From Lingula anatina (Eukaryota > Animalia > Brachiopoda), in the NCBI GenBank assembly GCA_051362555.1, contig CM120646.1:12090001-12154000 (forward strand): a stretch of 64,000 bases of DNA, in the 5' to 3' direction. The notes under the pieces are model-generated. The model saw only the letters and a list, made by a program, of their open reading frames with translations, was not told the origin of the DNA and ran no database searches. The stretch's first letter is position 1, and every line of letters starts with the position of its first letter. The position numbers and the translations under genes are program-made. This document shows positions 25,501 to 37,981 of this stretch, piece by piece.

Positions 25501-28500
25501 AATTTAATACTTTGAAGATTACTGTTCAATTAATATAATTCATAAAAGTCAAAGCTGATACTTTCAACTCTGTCAAAGGTTGTGGTCTGGAAAATAAAGT
25601 TTCTTGAATATGACTGCATTGATTGAAACAGAGTGCTGTTTGCCATTTTGTGTACACACTGGGTTTGTATGCATCATTGTGCTAGTTTCTTGAATATGAC
25701 TACATTGGTTGCCATACTGTGTACACTGGGTTTGTATGCATCATTGTGCAAGGTGTGACTGTTGTAGATGTGATAGTGTCAAACATGTCTTTTCTGGACG
25801 TTGTTGTATTGGGGCTGTAAGTGTCATGTTCACTGTGATTGGTGAGACGGGAATAACGGGTGGATGTGACATGAACAGGATTCAGGTTTGAGACAGCATG
25901 CCATGCATATTATTCCTACAAATTATACCTAAACTGGCTTGGAAATGGAATTCAGAGCCCAATTCCATTTCCAAACCAGTTTGTCAATAGGTACATCAAG
26001 GTTTTTTTTCACATGATGGACCAACAACAAGGACATCAACAAGTGACCAATACAACACTTTTTACAAGACATCAGTTTGGTTACCATAACACACAACCAA
26101 AACAATACAGTGGTTCCACAAAATATCTGCAGATGGTGTATAAAACAATTTTGTTCTTAAATTCAGTCCTGTTGGGCCATCAGTAAATGATCACAATTTG
26201 ATGTAAGTAGGCAAGGAAAATGCTCCTCAATACATCATTCCTTTCTCAAGACTTCAATGCCAAATGCCAAACTGTCAATCAAAACCAGTTGCCATGGCAG
26301 CAGTGACAAACCTGAAAAGTATTCATCATCATGAGGTTCACCTTCGCTGTTGAGCAACGACTTATTTTCACCTTCATCATCATCGTCATCTTCACGATCA
26401 TCACCGCCAGCACTGCGTCCTTCTGAGTGGAGCAAAGCCGTCCTCTCACAAACAGCCTCCTCCTCGCTCTCTTCGCCTTCCTCCACAGTTTCCCGGGCTA
26501 TCGTATATACGCTTTCCTGGCTGATCCGTTCACGGCGCTGAGAGACCCTGGTTGGTCCACCAAGAGTGTGGACGGATCGCCGGTGCCAACCAGGTGGTTT
26601 ACTATATGGAGAACTTTCCAGCTTTTTCCCATTGGCAACAGTTAGACTGTTCTCTACAGCTGTCAGAGGGACACAAGGGAAGATATTACATTAAGAAAGC
26701 AATGGGTGTGGTTAGTACTTGGAATATAAAATATAAAATATGGGTGTATAGCAGTCAAAGGGAAGGCCGTAATACACAATTAAATGTTTTTTTCTTTTCT
26801 TTTTTTTTTTTGCTAGGACCAGGGTAAGGGGGGAAGGAATGTCCATGCATATACTAGTATGCATCTTATTGTACATTTTGTGTAAATGTGTATTGTGTGC
26901 TTTGCCTTTGTGTACAACATGTGATGTTTACTAGACTGAAGTTGGTGATACCACATGTAATCATATTTGTATTGGGGATATCTTATACATATATCTTTTA
27001 CATGCACAAAAGGTATGTGTGTGTGTGTGGGGGGGGGGGCAGGTTATTACATACAGACAACAATACATCAATAAGTTTTAAAAATACACAGCTCAACCCT
27101 TAAAATTAGACTTTTGTAAGGTACAATTCATTTTCTTTGTTCTTGTACAAAGTAAAATTTTAAAACTCAGACTAGTCATTTTGTGATTTAAAAAAATATT
27201 TTCAATTACCACATAATTTAATTGATAATGTGAAGTACTGGAAGGGAGAAGCTGTGTATTAAATGTAAAACTTAATTCGATAATTTTCACCTCACAACTG
27301 AGGTGAAAATAACAGGTACATATATTACAACATCAGTATACATCTAATACCTTTATACCACCACACGTACACAACAATGTTAAAAACAGCCTTCTCAAGT
27401 ATTACTAGTAGTTATAAAGCTGCAAGTTATTTAAGTTCTAGGGTTAGAAAATAAAAATAACATTCTTACAAATGAATTTAAGCAAAGTGAATACTACAAT
27501 AATATGTGCATTTTATGATGAGGTGTTTTATTTTATCTGCAATTTTCAAAAATAGCACAAGCAACCTTTGAAAATTGCTCACAAAAAAGGAAAAAATTCT
27601 TGAATTTGGGTAGTCATGAAATCTAACCACCACAGTGACAGCTAACATATAAACCTATGAAAAAGTCTCCCCCCCACCTCTTCCTCAGTACATTCAAAAT
27701 GAAGCCATTATCTATTTCTCTGTGCCAGATCAGTAAACGATCTCTTCACAATACTCCCTGATATTAATTCAAAAAAAAAAATTTTTTTTGGTCTATTAAT
27801 TAAACCTAACATTTCAGTAAATATTTCCCTAATTATCAGCTATAACAATGACAGTGTATCAATACTAAAAATACCACTATAAAACCTAAACAAATTTCAA
27901 GTTAACTGCAAACATTCATTGTAAACTATGTTTCAATCAGACCTAAAGTGATTACAGCAGGACACAAAAAGACTGAGCTATCAATCATTTTTTATGTATG
28001 AAAACACTAAACACACTGAAATCCTACTGCTCTTTCACTATGTATTCTTCAGACTTCAAACATCAACAAGGCAGCAAAGCTGTCAAATGTACAGACAAAA
28101 AGCAGGAAATAGCAAAATAGGCTACTGTCAATTCTGATGCAAAAGTACATTATGTTAAACTGCAAATTCAACATCAAATTTCAATTATGCTCAACAGGTA
28201 ATGCCAATGTAAGTAAAATGTGTAAAAGCATAAGGCTTCAGGCCCATGGGAGTTCAAGTTCACACTTTGAAAATGTATAACTTCCAGAAAAAGAAGTCAA
28301 TTAGACTGCTTTTCCAACTCAGGCTGCATTTTAGTCCTGTATTTCTTTTTTGAAAGTTTGGCAATCATAAGTAACATGGTTTTCCCATAATGGTCATCAT
28401 GGCAGCAGCACCAAAAGTTGTGTTTTCTTCTATTCTGATGCAATATTACAAAATGGTTAACAGCATAATGACAATCAATTTTTAATAATAAAATATATGT

Positions 28501-31500
28501 ATCATGGATTTTCAGAAAATGTGATTAGCATGGGTCTTCAAGCCTGTGGAACTTCACAAAAAAAAAAAAAAAAACTTTAAATGGCAGAAAGAATTACCAA
28601 ACAGACTGCATTGCCTACTGAAGCTGTATTTTAGTCCCATGTTTCTTTCTTGTAAGTTTGACAACAGTACGTGACATGGTTTTTCTTAAATGGTCATCAT
28701 GGGAGCAGTGCCCAAAATAGGTTTTTTTCACATTTTGATGCAATATTACATAATGTTTAACAGCATAATGACCATCAATTTTTAATACTAAAATATTAGT
28801 ATCATGGATATTCAGATAATGTGACTAGCAAAGGTCTTCAGGCCCATAGAACTTCAAAGTCACAACTTGAAAGTCACAACTTGAAAATGCCAAAATGTAA
28901 ACAAGACAGCACTGTTCTGAAATGATTTTTTTTTTCATTTTTAACAATTTTTAACATAAAACAAAATAAACAGTTTACTGCCATTTTTATATGATCAACT
29001 AAGAAAATTGATGAGATGGGAAAAATATCAATAGAGCAGTGTTAAATGTCCAATTTCTTCCATTCCGAGATTCTGAACACAGTGAATGATTGAATCTGAC
29101 AAACTGCAATGATATGAGTTTATTTCCATTTTTGAAACTTTATTACACAATACACGATAACAAGTTTACCATCATTTTTACATAATCAACTAACAATGTT
29201 GTAAAGATGCAGGAGATGTCAAACAAACACTTTTACGAATCTTATTAGTTAAATAATGAGACTGTTAACATGCCTAAGAATTGAATCTGAGGAAATGTGA
29301 AAAAACAGCATAACTTATAAAATAACGGCCCTATTATGCTGATTTTCGAACTTGACCTGCGTTTTAGTAAGATTGATTACTCCTGTGAGTTTCATGACAA
29401 CAGGCCTATCGGTTTTCCTTAAAATGTGTTAACAGGGTTGCATATATGCTGAAAAGTGAAAAAACAGCATAACTTCTACAATAATGGCCCGATCATGCTG
29501 ATTTTCGAACTTGACCTGCGTTTTATGAATATTCATCAGCTATGTAAATATAAAGCCAAAAAGTAAAACTGCCCTCCACTTATCGTGTTAACAAGGAAAG
29601 TGCACGGCGCCGGCACCGGCATCGGCGACGGCGATGACGGCGACGACAGACGCAGGTGATGGCAATATGTACAGACACATCTGTGTCTGTACATAAAAAC
29701 CACTTGAGGTACAAATATACAGTAGAAAAGAAAGCTAATAAGTATATGAAGATGAACCACATCTACCTTCTATGCCAGCATGTAAAACCACTTAACATGT
29801 GAAAACAGAAAAAATAAGTAGTTTAATTAAATTGTCATGACAGATCTTCCAGGAAATACATAAAAAGCCATTTCATTGACATCCTAAATAAACCATCCTT
29901 AGAATTCTGAGTCACTTAGACTTAATATTAAAATAACATATATATTACGTGAATACATACATTCATAATTGATGTTCTAATATAACTACAAATTATTTAT
30001 GAAAGATCTCTCATAAGATATTTACCTAGCTAGTGTATATGTTTTTTTATAGCATTCACATGATGGCCTGTATCAATTTTGGTCTAAATTAAAATCCATT
30101 TGATTATTTCCTTACATATACCATGTATATGCAGCTATATTTTTTTGTAGTTTCATTATAGTAATCAGCTCCATAAATATTCATAAATATCCATTAGAAT
30201 AAAGATTAATACCATCTACATTCAATCAACAAGAATTTTTCAAGATCGAAACTTTGTACTTGTACAAAAAAGGTGAAAAAATTTGCTTCATCAAATATGA
30301 ACTACTGAGACTCTAATAAATAACTCTAAGATAAGAGAAATCTCAGATAATAATTTATAATCATATAAAAAAAATTTAAATAAATAATAAATAAAAGCCA
30401 ATCCTTACCTTCTAAAGCCTGTGGCTCCAGGTCTTCTAGCGTCTCAAATAAAATGTCGTCCAGTTCGTCACAAACGCTGTACTGCTTGGCGATATATGCG
30501 GTGTGGAACACGCTAGGTTGTCTCTGCAGGACACGGGTGGGGGAGGCGGCAGCTGAAAAAAAATATGCAGCAAATCTGTTTTTAAGATTCTGAACACCAC
30601 CAAGAAGCAGCATGTCATAGAAATGTGCCATGCTGCTTCTTGGTGGTGTTCAGAATCTTAAAAACATAAGACAGGTGACAGAATGCTGGTAGAAGAGGTA
30701 GAAGTGGCCATGTCCAAAAAAATAAAATAATAAATAAATAAATAAATTAATTAATAAATAAATAAATAATAATAATAAATAAAAAAGGACACACAATATC
30801 TTCTATACTCTTGTACCCTGATCCTTGAGATGGATGAAGAGAAGATTCACGTTGAATTTGTGTAAAAGCCATGGAAGAGATGTGTGAGCTTAACACCAGA
30901 ATTTTCATTTTTAAAAGAACATAGTATACGTAGCCACTGTGATCATGACATAATAGATGAAGAAGTAAATTAGAAAAAAAACAAGGTAAACTTGCCTCAT
31001 GCACATATTACAAGAAGATCCCCTTGTATGTTAGAATAACAATTTTTTTATTATTGTAGTAGTAAATTGGACCTAAACTTTCTAAAATCATTCATTACAT
31101 CAAGAAATACATTATAGCTTACCAGTACTGGCCTCTGACTCTTCGCTGCCATCCTTCCTGAACTTGTCCAGAATCCTATTGGCCTCTGCCACCTTGATTC
31201 TCTTGCTGGAGGGGGTGCGTTCCCAGTGAGGAGAGTCATCGTTGATGCTGTGGCGAGTTTTGGTGGAGCTGCTCCGTGATGCAGGGCCTAGGAGAGAAGT
31301 GAGGTTAAGAATTACATACTAGTGCTTCGAATAAACTGACATACTACTATTGATTGTGTCAGTAAATCTTTACTGTAGTTAATGTGAATGTGTTAACAAA
31401 AGAAAAAAAGGGAAAACATTTTTTTCACATGAAGATTTTTATTGTATACATATACAAGTATTAGTTTAAAAGTTAGGATGAATATAAATTGTCCACATTT

Positions 31501-34500
31501 CTGAAATTTCTGTGTAGTCTTTCATTTGTTTGCGTGTTCATGAGTATATACATGTGCTTTTACATCAATTTTCTCTGATTAGAAGCTGCAGTGATACTAT
31601 GCCAAGCTAAAATGATCAGGTATTTTTTTCTTATTTTAATATGCATACCTTCTAATTTAACACTACTAATAAAGGGCTTTTCTTATGCTTTTGTTTTTTT
31701 GCATAAATATACATTTATAAATTTTCCAAAATGGCCAATAAATCCAAAATGGCCACTCTGCATTTGCCATTACAGTTTCTACTAACCTACTTATTTCAAC
31801 TACTTACATTTTATACAAACCTTCAGCTATGTTATGTCTTCAAAATATTTATAATGATTTTTGACAAAATTGATAAAGATGACATACTTCTTTCTCTTTA
31901 TGATAATGATCAATGACCAAATCCATATAATGATTCCACAACAAGGCACATAATTACACATTTAGCTGAGCAATAACCTCTTATGCTTTAGTTTACTCAT
32001 TAGTATGCAAAAAAGAAACATGCAAACTGAATCCAGTAAACCTACAAATCTGATTTCTGAACATTTTCTGATATTTCACTAAAACATTCATGGTAACAAC
32101 GGAGGCTGTCCACATACAAATCAACATTCTCCAACAATAACCTTAATGCAAGCTATATAATTTTAAGTCTACAGGGCTCTGAATCATGTCTAACCACTTC
32201 CATTCAATTTATATCAAGATCAGCTGCCTGTTGTAAGTTTACAAGTCTGGTCAGACATAATTACTCCAGGTCAGCAGTTTGCTTTACTTGTTAATATGAG
32301 AACCTGCTGTCTATGTACATACATGTATAATCTGGTTATCTAGCAATGCACTTTTGACCAAAATACGATCCAAAAAACACTGGTGTGAACATTTCCAACA
32401 AACACATCAACAGCCACATAACGTTTACCTGCCAGCTTGCATACCTTTTTTGCTGAGGCGTTTCACTCCAGGCACTTGAAACGGCGCAACTGCCTCGATG
32501 CGTAACCCACTCTGATTCTCATGCACTATTGCAAACTTCAATGTGGATCGACGTCTATCATTGAAATAGCTAGCTGCACTCTTCCTACTATCTTCTATAC
32601 AGCCAAAGAAATGAACAGACATGATAAATGATAACACTACTTTACACATAATGGGAAAGAAGGGAATGAGAAATGTTGGTCTTGACAATGTCCAGTTCAA
32701 GGCAAAAGATTAAGAGCAACAAAGTTCTAAACTGATGAAAATCCAATTTTTTGTACACTTGAAATACTGCTTGCAAGCAAAGTTATAGTAAAATTGTACA
32801 ACTATGAAACCAAGCAGTACTTCAAAATATAACTTGGCAAAACTGAAGGGGGTATTTCTAAAATTCAGAAGAACTTTCTTTTCAACATAAGTATCATGCT
32901 TTCTTTTCAACATAAGTATAATATTGTTTTTTTTTCTTTCACAAGTGAAAGAATAAAATGAAACATGGATATTTTTTCATTGCCAGTTTCTCATTCCCTT
33001 ACATCCTACAAATGAAAGTTCCAATTTGTAGTGTTAGTGCCCATCAAAAACAATACAGAAATAACAGATTATCATAAATATAATACATGATGCCTTCTAA
33101 TAACAGAATAAACAAATGAAAATGTCATGTTTTGGGTTCATAGGCTACACAAAAGCTCAAAATATTATATAAAATATTAATAGAAACTTTAAGTTAAAGT
33201 TAAGTGTGAAATAAATGGGATTTAATCAAATTAACTTTTTTGGGTGTAAATTTCATTTTCTCAATCAAGATAGATGGCTCAAATGGAGGGAGTTGCTTTG
33301 AATTTTGGTCAGGGCTACCATTTTGAAAATGATTCAGGACTTATTTGGGCACATTTTGAAGGTATGAATGAGTGAATAAAATAAATTTGAAATAAAATAT
33401 GATGGTGGGATAAGCATTTTAAGTTCAATCAAAATTTGTTTCATGGAGTATTTCCTCCAAATAATCTAAGCTTTTAAAGTTTTGTAGGATGTGCAAGTGA
33501 TGTACTTATATATATTGAGCTCATGTGCCTTAATGCATTGAATTCTCAGCTACATACTATGCAAACGTTTTCACTTTAAAGTGAAGTTTGAAGAAAACCT
33601 TTTGATTTTCAATACAAAGGTGAACAAATACAAAATACACATAAACAACAGTGCACATAAACAACTAAAACATATAAAAACATCAAACATACAAAAACGT
33701 GGGTCAAACATTGCTGATATAAAATTTTAAGGAACAAAAATAAATAAATAAAATCATTAAACAATTACTAAATAACATTTGAAATGTTGATTAGTAGACG
33801 AAAACAAAAAATTGTGAAAAATAGTTTTGAAAAATGAATCAAAACAATATAGTATTTTTAATTTGTAGCTTTTTCTAATAAATAAACTCTTGATGCTAAA
33901 GAACTGACTTAATGTCGTAAACTAACTGCACTGCATGTGAACAGATCAAATAATGAAGCGCAATGATCATCACAATACTATACCTTTACACAACACATAG
34001 AGGGCATATTGTATATACAGATCAAATGCTCATACAGCATATTTTAATAAAATATGTAGCATATGTCAACATCTCCAAAATAACTAGCATTGCATTCAGA
34101 GCAAAATGCAAACATGGTACATAAAAGAGCCATATTTCAAATGCATGCTTTAGTGACTCCACCATACCTCTCCTATAATGATGGTGATGATGATGATCTG
34201 CAGAGATATATATTTACGTATATATAGCAAGATCGATAGTTAATATTTACGTTGTCAGTATTAAGGGATACACTACTGTATATACAATAGCAATTACATC
34301 ACACATAAACACAGCATAACAATGACAGTTCTTCTAGGACAACACATTACAACTACTACTGTAAACAAACAATGCAAGAAAAGAAAACACTGTTGATATT
34401 TACCATAGTGGATCAGCTCCTCTTTGATCTGGCGTAGCTCGTTAGCAAGCTCTATCAAAATGGTGCCTGTGGATTTGGGAGGCGCCAGGCTGAAACTCTT

Positions 34501-36971
34501 CACTTTGCTGGCCACCAGCTGCTGTAGCTGAAACTCTATCTCCGTTTCACATGGGAGCTTAGTCAGCTGGCCAAGAAAAATGTATTTAATTTATAACTAT
34601 TTTTTTTTTAATTTGGAGAGAAGATCAATGACCTCTTATCACTAAGCTAGAATATAAAAATAATTTTAACTTTTGTAAAATCATATCATTTAAGCTGAGG
34701 AGTTGTGAGAAAAGAATGATATTACCAAGCTTAATGTTTACATAGAAATCTGTTTTAGCACAGCAAGAGACTACACTTAAATTTCATGCATAATTATATG
34801 ATATAAATATTGCTAAAGATCAAGTTTCACAAACCTTGTACTTGATGAAGGACTGAAGTAGGACAAACAGGGGAGATCTAATGGTCACAACAAAGTCCAT
34901 AAACCTCCACAAGGCTGCTCCACCTGGAAATAAATATATAAATACATTAAAAATACATTAAGCAATAACAATAATGAAAATATTTTATTCCTTTTGCTTA
35001 TACTTAATGTGAACAATATATTTCAAAAGAATTAAGTGTGCAATTCCTCAGTGAAGGTACCTAATGAAAGTACCCTTGTCACCAAAAGTGTAACAAAAAT
35101 TTCATATCAGATAGCAGCATGAAGTGTTTAGTTATCTTTCCAGGGAAATTACCAATAAAAAGTTTAACGTGTAAACAATGTTGAAGATTTGACCTGCATT
35201 TTCTAACCTCACAAACAATGAAATAACAAGCTGCTTTTTTGTCACCTTCCAAAAGTAATGTATTTAATTTTTTTCTAAAAGTGTGGCCTACAGGACGAAG
35301 TTGTTTTCAAAAACCCAAAAGCATCTTTTCAAGTGGTGTCTATTTGATCCATCATGGTACCATGAATGTCATGTCTCTTCCTGGAACCACAGATACCATG
35401 ACCCACTTTGATACCATGAATATCATACCATGAATGTCATGTCTTACCTATCATTTTGTGTCCAATCTCCTTGATACAATTGGCAATTCTCTGCCACTCT
35501 AAGCTCAGTTCCTTGGGGAAGCAAACTATCAATACCTTCAGACCTGAGAGAGAAATCAATTATATCAATGCAATGGGGCCTGTAGTTACTTCCACATTCC
35601 TTTACTTTGAATCCCAGCAGACATACTGATAAGCTTAAATCGTAAAATCAGAGATAAATAAAAATGGGGCATGCAGTATGACTTGCAGCCCGAATACACA
35701 CACACACAAAAAAACTCTCTCTTTCTATCTTAAAATATTTACACATCATACGTACCAAGGAAAGCAGTATCAAATACATTCTCTTTAATGGCAGATTGGG
35801 GTGACCTGGCCTCGCTGTAGGACACACTGGAGTTGTGAACGTCGCTAGCTGACATGTAGTGAGGCTTGTTAAAACCTCCCACGGGCTGTACGGGAACTTT
35901 CACAGGCGGGACCAGAGTATTCAGAATGATGGTCAAAGCATAGGAGATGTCTTCCTGGCGTACTTTGGGACAGTCTACAATGACAATGTGATTGACCGTG
36001 TCAATCAAAATTTCATTCATTATAAAAGATTGACAAAATATAAAAATAATTGTTTAGTCAAAAATATATTATTTAAGGAATGTGTTAAAATTGGAATTTG
36101 AAAATGTGTTAGATGTGACATTGTGGTAGTTGTGAAGGTGTTCACCAGTATGTCACATGTGACAGTCACTAGGCTGTTCAACTGTGACAAACATTCCATA
36201 AAGTACTTGATATATGTAATGTAAGTTACTGACTTTTTTTAAAGATTATAGTCCAGTGGAATTAACACCCCAGAAACAAAATAACAGGGGTAATCTACTT
36301 TATCCATTAAGATTATATTTTTATTACCTTTTCTGCCTGCCCCCACTCTTATACAGAGTGGAACAATGAAGTTCATGAGCACATTCTGCGTCTTCTCCAT
36401 ACTTGTGTACACAGAGCCCCCACACACCTGCTCCAATGTGTACTGGTCCTGGGGAAGAAACAAAATTCCTGAGTGAATGAAAATGTATATTATTCCTCCA
36501 TAATCTAGATATTTCATCTCTGGACGAGGTTATTTTGTTGTAGAAAATTAGTTATCTGAGGCTTACTAGAGCTAGGCAAATCCTGTACTATATATTGTAC
36601 CATACCACACACCCCAATACTATACTATGCACTACAGATGTCTGGCACACCTACTGAAGCTGCTAAACGATAGTTAATTACCCCAAAACAGCTTCAGTAG
36701 GTGTGCCAGGCATCAGAGTCGCTTAAGCTGAAAATAATTTAGCGAGACACCCTTTGGAGATAGGTTGATCCTGCATGATCTAGGTATGGGAACGGGGTCT
36801 AAAACTCGACTCACCCCAAGTGCTGCCATCTGCATGGCCACCAGTTTCACCACAGAAGAACAGAACAGCTGGGGGACCTGGGCAGCAAAAGAATTGTGCT
36901 GGGTACTCTGTGTACCTTCTGGTTTGTCTTCTGACAACAGGATGCCAAGACACACATTGATTACAGGCTGA

Positions 36972-37023
<52 letters not shown>

Positions 37024-37946
37024 GAGTGAAATTCAGTATACATTCCACATAATTTCTGTCATAGATTCATAAAACTCAAGGCAGTGGTGGTGCCCTTATA
37101 CATGATGCTGAGCATAATAATGGTTTGTTTGTTAAAGCCACAAATAGGAAACATGTTTTAGCAATTGACAAAGACAGTGATACCTTTTTCTCTTGGGCAA
37201 AAAAATGAACTAATACTGCTGCAGAGCTGACCTGACCTTATCACTCATGCATTTTCTTTACATTGTGAGTGGTAATACATGTACTACTTACCTTCATGTA
37301 AGGGATGAAGGCCAGGGAGGGATAGTTGGACAGAGTCAGGTACAATCCTGAAAAACAATACAAAACCAGAGTAGAAAACATCCACAACATACCAATACAC
37401 TCCCTTTTAGTGCCACAAAGTCAAAATGAGTTATACTTGACTATCTGACTATATGATAAAACCAGTTCTGTTAATTCCCAGTCTTAAATGACCCAGACTG
37501 AATAGATCACAAGTGCTGTTCTATCAAATATTCACATTCAAATTAACAGAAATTTGAAAATTTTTAAAAGAGAAAACTTTCATAAAATTAAACATCTACT
37601 ACAATTGTCCAATTCAAACTCCAATGAACCTTCTTTCTTGCATTCATAATTTAACCATTTTAGAGAATCTGTTTGCTTTTCAATCTGTAAGTCTCATTTA
37701 AGCTAATTTCAACCAGAAAGCAATAAACAACCATGTCAAATTCTCTAAAACAACTTCTAAAACCATCTTGCCTCTCAACAAGTTGGCTGCTGCAAACCAG
37801 TCAAAGTTCTGCTTGAGAGTGAACTTCCTGGTCACTTTATTGAACATCCTGTCCAGTCTTTTCAGCAGAAGATGGAGGGCGGGGCGTATCTTTTCGTGGG
37901 ACCAGTCTGTCAGAGGAAGCACTTGGACCATGTATCTAGAGACAAA

Positions 37947-37981
<35 letters not shown>

